The notes under the pieces: model-generated
What the model saw: only the letters and a program-made list of their open reading frames with translations
The model's database searches: none
What the model was told of the DNA's origin: nothing
In this document: piece after piece, positions 39,223-48,554 of the stretch
Numbering within the stretch: position 1 is the first letter of the stretch
Layout of the letters: every line of letters starts with the position of its first letter
Source of the DNA: Pedosphaera sp.
GTDB taxonomy: Bacteria; Verrucomicrobiota; Verrucomicrobiia; Limisphaerales; AAA164-E04
DNA: 64,000 nucleotides
Direction: 5' to 3'
Assembly (NCBI GenBank): GCA_002690655.1
Contig: NZFL01000007.1
Location: 2,003 to 66,002 of the forward strand
Program-made: the position numbers and the translations under genes

Positions 39223-41046
39223 TTAATCCTCAACAGGCACAATCAGATTTTCCATGATATAATCTTTGCGCTGCGGCGTGTTGCGTCCCATGTAGAATGA
39301 AAAAATATGACTGGCGTCACTGTGTGAAGCATATTCAACCTGGCTTAACCGCATATCCTCACCAATAAAATACTTGAATTCTGAGGGGGAAATTTCACCC
39401 AAACCTTTGAACCGGGTAATCTCAATACCACGAGCAAGTTTTTTAACAGCTGCATCCCGTTCTGCTTCCGAATAGCAGTAAATGGTTTTTTTCTTATTAC
39501 GAACTCTGAACAGTGGGGTCTCTAAAATATAGAGATGACCTTCATAAATAAGCTGGTCAAAGAAACGGAAAAAGTAGGTAATCATCAAGTTTCGAATGTG
39601 CAATCCATCAACATCCGCATCCGTTGCGAGGATGACTTTGTCATAACGAAGATCATCAAGTGAGTTTTCAATACCCAGACAGCACATCAAATTATACATC
39701 TCATCGTTCTTGTAAACCACGTCCCGTTTCAGATCCCAGACATTCAGCGGCTTACCTTTAAGAGTGAAAATAGCTTGGGTATTCACATCTCGACAACTCA
39801 CAATCGAACCCGCAGCAGAGACTCCTTCAGTGATAAAAACCATGGTGCCTTCGCCTTTGTTTTTTTTCTTGTTGAGATGCTTTTTACAATCCTTGAGCTG
39901 AGGTATCCGCAAGCTCACTGCCTTGGCGCGTTCCCGGGCCAGCTTTTTAACCGCCATCAGTTCCTTGCGCAACTTGCGCGTATCTTCAACCTTGGCGACG
40001 AGTTTTTCAGCCACAGCCTTGTCCTTATGGAGCAGGTGAAGCAATTGTTCTCGAACTCGACTAACAAGATCTGATCGAATCTCAGTATTACCTAGTTTGT
40101 TCTTGGTTTGAGACTCGAACATTGGATCCTGCAATCGAATCGCCACGGCACCTACCATGCACTCGCGCACATCATCCCCATCAAATTTACCCTTGGCATA
40201 TTCATTGACTGCTTTGAGCAAACCCTCACGAAAGGCGCTGAGATGGGTTCCGCCATCAGAAGTATATTGACCGTTTACAAACGAGAAAAAAGTTTCTCCT
40301 GATCGCCCCGTACTATGGGTAAAGCAGAATTCCAGGGTCTTGGAGCTGTAATAGATCGGAGGGTAAATCGCTTCATCATCGACGTCCTCCTTGATCAGGT
40401 CCAGAAGCCCATGTCTTGAATAAAAAGTCTCGCCGTTACATATCAGTTTCAGCCCAGAATTCAGGTAACTGTAATGTTTGAGCCGTCGTTCAATCAGCTC
40501 AGGCCGTAATTGGAGTTTTTTAAAAATTCCGGCATCCGGGATAAATTCTACATACGTGCCGTTTACTTCGTCCTTGCATTTGCCCTTCTTGCGTTCCTTG
40601 AGATTACCTTTTGAAAAGGAAGCTTCGGCATATTGCCCATCACGATGAGATCGAACCCGAAATAACTGTGAAAGAGCGTTGACCGCTTTTGTTCCAACTC
40701 CATTTAATCCGACGCTGAACTGAAATACTTCATCGTTGTATTTGGCACCTGTATTGATCGTCGAAACACAATCCACAACTTTTCCCAATGGAATACCTCG
40801 TCCATAATCTCTTACGATGACCTTCTTATCTTCAATCTCAATGACGATCTCCTTGCCGAAACCCATGATGTATTCGTCAATGGCATTGTCGATGACCTCC
40901 TTGAGCAAGATGTAGGCGCCATCATCGTAGTGAGATCCATCACCAATACGCCCAATGTACATGCCTGTACGAAGTCGAATGTGCTCCAGCGAAGACAGCG
41001 TTTTTATCTTACTCTCGTCGTAATTGTGTTCGGAATCACGTCCCAT
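39223..41046 (-). CDS. parE: type IIA topoisomerase subunit B (topoisomerase IV ParE-like)
   Basis: It contains LEHIRLRTGMYIG, LKEVIDNAIDE, GRGIP, LNGVGTKAVNA and a Toprim motif (ILATDADVDGLHI). The start is set at MGRDSEH, and the upstream in-frame extension is treated as non-coding. Confidence 0.88.
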   Translation of the reverse strand: MGRDSEHNYDESKIKTLSSLEHIRLRTGMYIGRIGDGSHYDDGAYILLKEVIDNAIDEYIMGFGKEIVIEIEDKKVIVRDYGRGIPLGKVVDCVSTINTGAKYNDEVFQFSVGLNGVGTKAVNALSQLFRVRSHRDGQYAEASFSKGNLKERKKGKCKDEVNGTYVEFIPDAGIFKKLQLRPELIERRLKHYSYLNSGLKLICNGETFYSRHGLLDLIKEDVDDEAIYPPIYYSSKTLEFCFTHSTGRSGETFFSFVNGQYTSDGGTHLSAFREGLLKAVNEYAKGKFDGDDVRECMVGAVAIRLQDPMFESQTKNKLGNTEIRSDLVSRVREQLLHLLHKDKAVAEKLVAKVEDTRKLRKELMAVKKLARERAKAVSLRIPQLKDCKKHLNKKKNKGEGTMVFITEGVSAAGSIVSCRDVNTQAIFTLKGKPLNVWDLKRDVVYKNDEMYNLMCCLGIENSLDDLRYDKVILATDADVDGLHIRNLMITYFFRFFDQLIYEGHLYILETPLFRVRNKKKTIYCYSEAERDAAVKKLARGIEITRFKGLGEISPSEFKYFIGEDMRLSQVEYASHSDASHIFSFYMGRNTPQRKDYIMENLIVPVED

Positions 41047-41298
41047 ATGATTATCAGTTTGATTGTGTTGGGTTTTCCCAAAGTTTGGCCAAGTCAATTT
41101 ACAGCCGTGCCATGAAAAGGCACAGGGGCACTTCGAGCAATTACGACAGAACAGGTTACGACTAGACGGGAAACCACAACAATCGGTTTTCCGCATCCTG
41201 CATCCAAGAGCCGCGCCGCAGGCACAAATCTAATGCAGAACGCACAAGGAATAACAAACATCTGGCTTTCTTCCACCCTTTTCGACAAATTTTTAAAG

Positions 41299-42936
41299 AT
41301 GAAAACCTTTTCCCGAGATCAGCTTGCTCCAAAGAATGGACTCCAAAGGTTAATGCTCGCTTTGATATCTCTTCTGCCCCTGATGATTTCAAGCGAAAGC
41401 ATCTCCGCAAGCACCCCCAAAAATATTGCCTTGATCGCTGGCCCAATCACAGGACATCCCAAAGATGCCCATGAATATGAAAAAACGATCACACTCATTA
41501 AACATTGCCTTGAAAGTTCGCCGAATGCTCCAGATCTCGAGATCTCAGCTCATTACGGAGGGTGGCCAATTGAACCTGAAGTATTGAACAGGGCGGACAC
41601 CATCCTCCTGGTTTCTGATGGAAGCGACCAGGACGAGAGCATGCATCCATTTTATCGCGATGATCGGTTCGCAATATTGAAACAGCAAATGGACCGTGGA
41701 TGCGGAATCATGCTACTGCACTGGTCCACTTTCCATCCAGCCCGGCATCATGATGATATCACCGAATGGATTGGCGGCTATTTCGACTATGAGACTGGTC
41801 CGGGACCACGCAAGTGGTTTTCAAAAATCCAGACTTGGGAAGACACCGTTCAACTAGCAACCCCAAATCATCCAATCCTTAAGGGAGTAAAACCTTTCAA
41901 ATTGAAGGACGAATACTACTACAATATCAAATTCAGGAAATCCGACCCCGGGTTGTTACCGGTTTTGAAGGTCACTCCACCTGATCAAACCCAACCAGAT
42001 ACCGTTGGCTGGGCTGTCGAAAGAGCAAATGGATCCCGGGGTTTCGGTTTTACCGGCGGACATTTTCACGACAGCTGGTGGATCCCCGATTTCCGTCGCA
42101 TGCTTCTCAACGCAATCGTCTGGACTACTGGTCATGATGTTCCAGAATTAGGGATTGAAAGCAATTTATCACCACGCTACAGAACGATGATCCTGACGGG
42201 CAACAACCACCCGGCTCACGATTGGAGGAAAACCACAGCTGCGTTGATTCATGCTGTTGAACTGGATCCCAGAAATTTGGCACATGCAACTGAATCTCCT
42301 GAAAAATGGCTGCTCGAAAATGACCCCTCCGATTACGACCTCCTGATCATGAATTATTGCAACTGGAAAAGCTCGGGATGGAACAGGGAGGCTCAGGAAC
42401 GATTACGCAACTATGTTGAAGCAGGTGGTGGACTTGCCGTCATTCATTTCGGAAACGGAGCCTTTCATCCTTCGCTGCCCGAAGCAAAAAACTCCGATTG
42501 GCCGGGATATCGTGACTTGGTCAGACGCGTTTGGGATCATCATGGCGATAGCGCCCATGATCCATACGGAGATTTCCAGGTTATCATTTCGCAAGTGAAG
42601 CATCCCATTACGCGTGGGCTGAAAAATTTCGGTACCACAGACGAACTTTATTTCCAGCAAGCAGGCAAGGATCCAGTACAGGCGCTGGCTTATGCCTTTT
42701 CCAAGGTCACCCGAAAACCCGAACCCATGGCGTGGGCATATCGGGTTGGAAAAGGTCGAGTATTTCAAACTTTACTGGGGCACTCCAATAAGTCCATCCA
42801 TCAAGCCGCCAATCTGATTCAAAGGGGAGCTACATGGGCAGCACACCAAAAGCCTCTCACTTTTGCCCCTCCAAGAACCATCGCCCAAAATGCTATCTTT
42901 CGCAATGGCAGCCAGTGGAGGCCAGACCAGCCATGA
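41299..42936 (+). CDS. secreted protein with two ThuA-like (trehalose-utilisation) domains
   Basis: The signal is MKTFSRDQ...LISLLPL. The first module starts at IALIAGPITGHPKDAHEY and the second at MILTGNNHPAHDWRKTTAAL. Both have class-I glutaminase-like ThuA patterns. Confidence 0.7.
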   Translation: MKTFSRDQLAPKNGLQRLMLALISLLPLMISSESISASTPKNIALIAGPITGHPKDAHEYEKTITLIKHCLESSPNAPDLEISAHYGGWPIEPEVLNRADTILLVSDGSDQDESMHPFYRDDRFAILKQQMDRGCGIMLLHWSTFHPARHHDDITEWIGGYFDYETGPGPRKWFSKIQTWEDTVQLATPNHPILKGVKPFKLKDEYYYNIKFRKSDPGLLPVLKVTPPDQTQPDTVGWAVERANGSRGFGFTGGHFHDSWWIPDFRRMLLNAIVWTTGHDVPELGIESNLSPRYRTMILTGNNHPAHDWRKTTAALIHAVELDPRNLAHATESPEKWLLENDPSDYDLLIMNYCNWKSSGWNREAQERLRNYVEAGGGLAVIHFGNGAFHPSLPEAKNSDWPGYRDLVRRVWDHHGDSAHDPYGDFQVIISQVKHPITRGLKNFGTTDELYFQQAGKDPVQALAYAFSKVTRKPEPMAWAYRVGKGRVFQTLLGHSNKSIHQAANLIQRGATWAAHQKPLTFAPPRTIAQNAIFRNGSQWRPDQP

Positions 42937-42951
42937 CACCAAGAATATAAG

Positions 42952-43392
42952 CTAAAAGCTTGAGGGCATGGATAACTGGGGACGCTCGTAGTGAGCAAGG
43001 ATGGATTGATCAGGCTGATTGGCGTCTGGAATACGCTCTCGCCAGAGGTCGATGATGTTGTGAATAAGGGAAAGATCCAGTCCTTCACAGGCAGTGCCGT
43101 AGGACTTGAGATAACCTTGACAGATGTTGAGCAATGCCAAGGCAGGCCGGTGGCGCCTTTTTTCTATGTGAACAAAGATACCCGCCAATTGAATGAGGGA
43201 TTTATAGAAATTGTCCAAGTGGGTCCCTCGGCGTTCAAGCCATAAATCTTCCAGGACATCATGTGCCTCATAAAATCGCCCCTCATTGAAGGTTTGAAAA
43301 TACCCCCAATAGCGTGGATCCCATTTACCGCAATCAATGAACGTTTCGGCAAATAAACGCATACGCTCCTTTTTGGTGCTCATTGTTATCAT
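42952..43392 (-). CDS. DUF309 domain protein
   Basis: It contains FNEGRFYEAHDVLEDLWLERRG...FYKSLIQLAGIFVHIEKRR. The start is uncertain (43392 or 43383). Confidence 0.65.
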   Translation of the reverse strand: MITMSTKKERMRLFAETFIDCGKWDPRYWGYFQTFNEGRFYEAHDVLEDLWLERRGTHLDNFYKSLIQLAGIFVHIEKRRHRPALALLNICQGYLKSYGTACEGLDLSLIHNIIDLWRERIPDANQPDQSILAHYERPQLSMPSSF

Positions 43393-43473
43393 TTTTAATA
43401 CTTTTTGGTTTAAAAGCAACTCAATCGAAGCACGCCACTTGACAATGGGTCCGCCGTCTCTCAATCTGGGTTC

Positions 43474-44427
43474 ATGTCTAAAACACCTTTAGGCAGGGGT
43501 CTTGGAGCGCTCTTGGGAGGCTCCAAGCCACCCTCAGCAAAACCCCAGCCGCCCAAATCAGTTGAGGAGCCTGTTTCCTATCCCCCATTAGGGTCAGAGA
43601 CATTGGCAAAGAATACCGACCTTTCACCAAGACATTTACCTGTTGACGACATACGCCCCTGCCCATTTCAGCCTCGACGTGAATTTGAAGCATCTGCTCT
43701 GGAGGAGCTATCGGATTCGATTCGTGAGCAAGGCCTTATTCAGCCACTCGTAGTCAGGAGAAAATCCGACCATTGGGAGTTGATTGCCGGTGAGCGCCGC
43801 TGGCGAGCCTCGCAGAAAGCTGGGCTCAAAGAAGTCCCAATCATCATTCGTGAAGCCGATGACAGGCAAGTCCTAGAACTGGCTCTCATCGAAAATCTCC
43901 AGCGTGAGAACCTGAATCCCATTGAGGAGGCACTGGGCTATCGCCAACTCATCCAGCAATTTCAACTCAAGCAGGAGGAAGCAGCCATTAAAGTTGGCAA
44001 AAGCCGCGCAGCAATTGCGAACGCACTGCGACTTCTCAAACTTCCAGATGATATACAACGGGATCTGGGAACAGGGAAGCTTAGTGTTGGTCACGCAAAA
44101 GTGCTGTTGGGACTAAGCAAGGAAGAGGAACAAGTTCAGGTTGGCCGAAGGATCATCAAGGATGCCCTCAGCGTGCGTCAAACCGAAGTTTTGGTTAGTG
44201 AAATCCATCAAAAGCATAAAAACAAGCAGCTAAGCGCCTCTCACCCTGTCACGAGAAACAATGAAAAGGATGTTCACATAGCACACATGGAGCAGCAGCT
44301 CGTGGAGAAATTCAAAACCAAGGTCAGAATAAAGTATCAGGAGGGAAAAGGTGCTTTAGAAATACGTTTTTTTTCCGATGAAGAACTTGAAAATGTCTTG
44401 TCTGATTTAGGGGTCTCCGCTGATTAA
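43474..44427 (+). CDS. parB: ParB/Spo0J chromosome-partitioning protein
   Basis: It contains LGRGLGALLG, PFQPRREF, LSDSIREQGLIQPLVVRR, ELIAGERRWRASQKAGL and an HTH segment (EEAAIKVGKSRAAIANALRLLKLP). Confidence 0.9.
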   Translation: MSKTPLGRGLGALLGGSKPPSAKPQPPKSVEEPVSYPPLGSETLAKNTDLSPRHLPVDDIRPCPFQPRREFEASALEELSDSIREQGLIQPLVVRRKSDHWELIAGERRWRASQKAGLKEVPIIIREADDRQVLELALIENLQRENLNPIEEALGYRQLIQQFQLKQEEAAIKVGKSRAAIANALRLLKLPDDIQRDLGTGKLSVGHAKVLLGLSKEEEQVQVGRRIIKDALSVRQTEVLVSEIHQKHKNKQLSASHPVTRNNEKDVHIAHMEQQLVEKFKTKVRIKYQEGKGALEIRFFSDEELENVLSDLGVSAD

Positions 44428-44433
44428 ACATCA

Positions 44434-45570
44434 ATGAACAGTCAAGAAGATTTGCGACAGAGTGTAGCGACAAAGCTACGAGAAAGAAAAGAAAAGGTTC
44501 AACAAAGCACTGCATTTGTTGGATTGGATGGTTTTGTAGATGAAATCATTCATGTTGTTGACAAGCGCATCGATGTAGCGAGATTCGAAAGGATCCCAAC
44601 TATTCAGGGGTTTTCAGACCGCATCGGGGAGGCTGCCGGCAGAAGCACCAACCTTGAACTTGTCACGCAACGCATCAAATTGGGAGGCAATGGCCCGATC
44701 ATGGCCAATGCCCTGGCCAAGGCAGGCATTCAGGTAACCTATCTGGGAGCACTCGGCTACCCTGACCCCAATCCGGTTTTCCAACCGTTAGTAGAAAAGG
44801 CAACGAAAGTCTTTTCCATTGCAGATCCTGGTCACACCGATGCCTATGAATTCCAGGACGGGAAATTGCTGATGGGCAAACTCACCCCACTGAATGAAAT
44901 GCGATGGAAAAACATCGTTGATCGCATGGGCACAGAAACCTTCACTCAACAGCTCAACCAGTCCAGTCTGGTCGCATTCGTCAACTGGACGATGATGCCC
45001 TACATGAGTGAAATATGGGAAATGGTTCAAAGCGAAATCCTGAACAAGCAACCCAAACCGAACCCGAAAGATCGTAGGACATTGTTCTTTGACCTGTGTG
45101 ACCCTCAAAAACGTCCCAATGAGGATATACTGGAAGCCTTGAACCTGATCGCAGGTTTTCAACCTTACTTCTCCGTCACGCTGGGCTTGAATGAAAAAGA
45201 GGCTCACGAAATTGGTGAAGTGCTTGGATTGAAAGTAGAAAGTGATTCCAGGGAAGGACTGATTGACCTCGTTGAGCAACTTCACAATCACATCAAAGCA
45301 GACACGCTGGTGGTTCATCCCGTCAAATATGCAGTCGCGTCCAATGGCTCTGAAATTGTCTCAATCAATGGCCCATTCATCCCCAACCCGGTGATCACCA
45401 CAGGCGCGGGAGACCATTTCAATGCTGGGTTTTGCGTGGGTAGATTGCTTGATTTAAGTCACCAGGAATCTCTGGCGACAGGCGTTGCCACCAGCGGATT
45501 TTACGTGCGTTCAGGCAAGAGTCCTACTGTCCTGGATCTCGCAGATATATTGGAAAACTGGCCTGAATAA
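44434..45570 (+). CDS. ribokinase-superfamily (PfkB / ADP-dependent kinase-like) sugar kinase
   Basis: It contains KLGGNGPIMANALAKAG and the C-terminal motif ITTGAGDHFNAGF. It starts 6 nt after parB. Confidence 0.65.
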   Translation: MNSQEDLRQSVATKLRERKEKVQQSTAFVGLDGFVDEIIHVVDKRIDVARFERIPTIQGFSDRIGEAAGRSTNLELVTQRIKLGGNGPIMANALAKAGIQVTYLGALGYPDPNPVFQPLVEKATKVFSIADPGHTDAYEFQDGKLLMGKLTPLNEMRWKNIVDRMGTETFTQQLNQSSLVAFVNWTMMPYMSEIWEMVQSEILNKQPKPNPKDRRTLFFDLCDPQKRPNEDILEALNLIAGFQPYFSVTLGLNEKEAHEIGEVLGLKVESDSREGLIDLVEQLHNHIKADTLVVHPVKYAVASNGSEIVSINGPFIPNPVITTGAGDHFNAGFCVGRLLDLSHQESLATGVATSGFYVRSGKSPTVLDLADILENWPE

Positions 45571-45694
45571 TCAATCTTCAAGCATCCTTCCGCCTTGGAT
45601 GTAAACACCCGCGGAAGGCGAGAAATGCGGACAACTCCTTTCATGGGTGGTGAAAAGGAGGGGGGGGCGTCCCACTCTGCGCCCTGATCAAATT

Positions 45695-47659
45695 TTACTC
45701 TGGACGCTTGATTTCGACGCCGTAAAGTTGAATATCATCCCAGTTACCGGTATCATCGAAAGCTCCCAAACCCACTTTCCCCCAGACAAAAGTTTTATCT
45801 TCTGCGATCATGATGGGATCCTCCATGTTATCCCAATAAACCTCAATCAAGCCGCTTGCGACCCGACGTTTGATTTTAACGGTATGCCATTCGGTATCCC
45901 ATGGGGTCCCTGAGGTGGTTCGTGTAGAGATCTTGATCCTTGGAGCGTCATTGACGATGAATATCTGGTTGGCATGATCATCGGTTTTTTGCCCAAGATG
46001 CATATAATAGAAATGCTCTGGATCTTGCCACCCAAAGAAGAGGCACATGCTTCGGTGACCATAATCTCTCTGCGTAGTGATAACGCGTGCGTATAAATCA
46101 AAATCCCCTGTCCAGGTATCATTCAGCAGGGAGTAATTGAAAGGACTCCGGTGGGTGGGCTTGTATTTACTCTGGCGATGCAGACTGTATACCTTGCTGC
46201 CATCCTGCTCGATCACGCGCCAGGCATTCGGGTCGGTAGGAGTCCACTGCTGCGCACCCGATTCAAAGTTCTCCCTTTTGATAAGCGGTAAATCGGAGGC
46301 TCCTGGACTAACGGTGGACCTTGCCGGACGGACGGGTAATGTCGCGAGCCGAGCCTTGCCATTGATCTCTGCCATGGTGAAATCTCTGCGGTCAATCATC
46401 CCCTCCCCAGCTTGATGCACTTCCAGGATGACCTTGGGAACCTCATGGCGAGTATCAATATCAAAAACACAATAAAGTTTTCCTTCCCCATGATTCAGGA
46501 ACATCTCTGGTAAATTCCTGGTAGGAAAATTACTTGACCCCAGGGGCCCTGATGTCACTTCGATGATTCGCTGGTTGATCTGATATCCGCCAGTAAAATG
46601 ACGATCGCCCGAAAGCAGGATGACACCCTCGATATTCTCCTGATCAATCCACTCGAAAAAACCCAACTGCTCACGCTTGAAACTGCTCCATGAATCCCGG
46701 TGCCCATTCTTTTGCCATTCACTTCCTGAGGCGATGAACTTCAACTTTGCCGTGGATTGTTTCAGCCCCTGCTTGAGCCACTGCCATTGTCTCTTCCCCA
46801 GCATGGTCTTGGTTCCATCTTCCTTGGCGGAGTTGGGAGAGCGGTAATAACGATCATCCAGCATGAAAAATTCAATATCTCCATAGGAGAATCGATAATA
46901 AGTCCCCGGGTTATGCGCCTCGCCATAAGAGGGATTGGCCCACATGGACTGAAAGGTCTGCAGGGAAGACTGCCTTCCTTCTGCCGTCCTGTCGCTATCG
47001 TTGGGACCGTAATCATGGTCATCCCAGATTCCATAGACCGAAGTGCGCTTCGCAAGATCTCGAAAACCTGACACGGAACGGTGATCATAGTAAGCCGCTC
47101 TCTGAACCTCTGGCACGGTGGAGTCGGCATAATGGTTATCCCCCAGCATTAACAACATCTGAATGGATGGATCCACGGCCATCTCTCCCCATGCAGCTGC
47201 AGCAAACTTTCCTTCACGGCCAACGCAGGACCCAAAAGCAAATCTCAAATGCGTCGATTTCCCCTCACTTGGAGCCGTATCAAAAAATGGATAAGGAGCC
47301 GTCAGGCAAGGTACCCCATCTAAGAGGACATCATAATAATATCGCGTTTCAGGATTTAATTGTGTGACTTGTATATGACCATTGTGATCAGATTGATCGC
47401 CCAACAAGAGGCCGTCAATCTGACGCCCATCTTCCAGTGAGGGCTGTTGAGAAAAGATCACGCTCAATCGTGCAGTTTCAGAAGCCTTCACCCATATCCG
47501 TGCCTCATGACTCCCTACGTGTCCCAGCATGGGGCCCAATTGCAGATGTGGGTTTGCCCGAACATTGTGAACCACACAGACGAGGCAAACGACTAGGTAC
47601 CCGAGAATGGAACTTGGATTGAGATGCATTGAAAAGAGATACCAAAAGAGGATCCGCAT
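45695..47659 (-). CDS. PhoD-like metallophosphatase fused to a C-terminal concanavalin-like (LamG/DUF1080-like) domain
   Basis: It contains LQLGPMLGHVGSHEARIWV, LMLGDNHYAD and IWDDHDYGPNDSD. The C-terminal ~190 aa read ...MCLFFGWQDPEHFYYMHLG...WHTVKIKRRVASGLIEVYWDN...GLGAFDDTGNWDDIQ. The start is set at ATG 47659. Confidence 0.75.
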   Translation of the reverse strand: MRILFWYLFSMHLNPSSILGYLVVCLVCVVHNVRANPHLQLGPMLGHVGSHEARIWVKASETARLSVIFSQQPSLEDGRQIDGLLLGDQSDHNGHIQVTQLNPETRYYYDVLLDGVPCLTAPYPFFDTAPSEGKSTHLRFAFGSCVGREGKFAAAAWGEMAVDPSIQMLLMLGDNHYADSTVPEVQRAAYYDHRSVSGFRDLAKRTSVYGIWDDHDYGPNDSDRTAEGRQSSLQTFQSMWANPSYGEAHNPGTYYRFSYGDIEFFMLDDRYYRSPNSAKEDGTKTMLGKRQWQWLKQGLKQSTAKLKFIASGSEWQKNGHRDSWSSFKREQLGFFEWIDQENIEGVILLSGDRHFTGGYQINQRIIEVTSGPLGSSNFPTRNLPEMFLNHGEGKLYCVFDIDTRHEVPKVILEVHQAGEGMIDRRDFTMAEINGKARLATLPVRPARSTVSPGASDLPLIKRENFESGAQQWTPTDPNAWRVIEQDGSKVYSLHRQSKYKPTHRSPFNYSLLNDTWTGDFDLYARVITTQRDYGHRSMCLFFGWQDPEHFYYMHLGQKTDDHANQIFIVNDAPRIKISTRTTSGTPWDTEWHTVKIKRRVASGLIEVYWDNMEDPIMIAEDKTFVWGKVGLGAFDDTGNWDDIQLYGVEIKRPE

Positions 47660-47722
47660 GGCGAGCCTTTGAAATAAACATTCGGCATTGATAAAAGCCT
47701 GGCCGACGATTAGGTTTTTTAC

Positions 47723-48508
47723 GTGAATCCTATTGCCTTTCACATCGGAAACGTCGCCATCCACTGGTATGGCATTTTGGTAGCTATCGGGTTTCTAGCC
47801 GGATTCTGGACGGCAAGCCGTCGTGCACCGCTGGACGGCCTTAGCTCAGAGTCTGTTGCAGACATCGGCCCATGGTTGATTGTTGGAGGGCTGGTTGGAG
47901 CGCGGATGCTGTATGTTATCACCTACTGGCAGGAGGATTTTTCAGGTGCCCCCCTGGTGGATATTTTCAAGATACGCCAGGGAGGATTGGTTTTTTATGG
48001 AGGATTCATAGGAGCCACCTTATGCGCCATTTTTTATGTTCGAAAAAATAAAATACCCATCTGGAAAATGGCAGATGCATTGGCCCCCAGCATTGCTCTC
48101 GGACATGCATTCGGAAGACTCGGCTGCCTGATGACGGGGTGTTGCTATGGGAAAGCATGTTCACTCCCCTGGAGCATCACGTTTCCCAGAGATCATGTCA
48201 CCCACCCTATAGCAGTTCATCCAACCCAGCTTTATGAGTCCTTTTTCAACTTCGCTTTATTTGCTGGATTGGCGTGGATCTACCGCAAAAAGAAATTCGA
48301 TGGACAGGTGTTTGCTCTTTACCTGATGGCTTATGCCTTTTTGAGAGCCGTCAATGAACTCTTCCGAGGAGATTACGAACCCTCGAAGCACCTCGGGATT
48401 CTCACTCCCGGCCAATTGACTGGGATTCTGATTATGTCGGCAGGAATCGCGATGTGGTTTTTCTGCAGCAGCCAGATCAGGAAAGAAAAACTTCAAACCC
48501 AGGAATAG
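47723..48508 (+). CDS. lgt: prolipoprotein diacylglyceryl transferase
   Basis: It contains IHWYGILVAIGFLAGFW, QGGLVFYGGFIGA and GRLGCLMTGCCYG. The ORF starts with GTG. Confidence 0.9.
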   Translation: MNPIAFHIGNVAIHWYGILVAIGFLAGFWTASRRAPLDGLSSESVADIGPWLIVGGLVGARMLYVITYWQEDFSGAPLVDIFKIRQGGLVFYGGFIGATLCAIFYVRKNKIPIWKMADALAPSIALGHAFGRLGCLMTGCCYGKACSLPWSITFPRDHVTHPIAVHPTQLYESFFNFALFAGLAWIYRKKKFDGQVFALYLMAYAFLRAVNELFRGDYEPSKHLGILTPGQLTGILIMSAGIAMWFFCSSQIRKEKLQTQE

Positions 48509-48554
48509 CCTATGACTGCCCGAGGCAAATCCCTTTAATAGCACAGCTGAATCC

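Noticed and set aside
41047-41196. An in-frame 50-codon, Cys-rich extension lies upstream of parE (MRKTDCCGFPSSRNLFCRNCSKCPCAFSWHGC…). It could be read as an N-terminal zinc-finger fusion.
   Set aside because: The conserved GyrB/ParE N-terminus (…YDESKIKTLSSLEHIRLRTGMYIG) begins just after the Met at 41046, the normal position. The extension has odd composition and overlaps the divergent promoter region shared with the ThuA gene. It would only be worth revisiting if orthologs conserve it.
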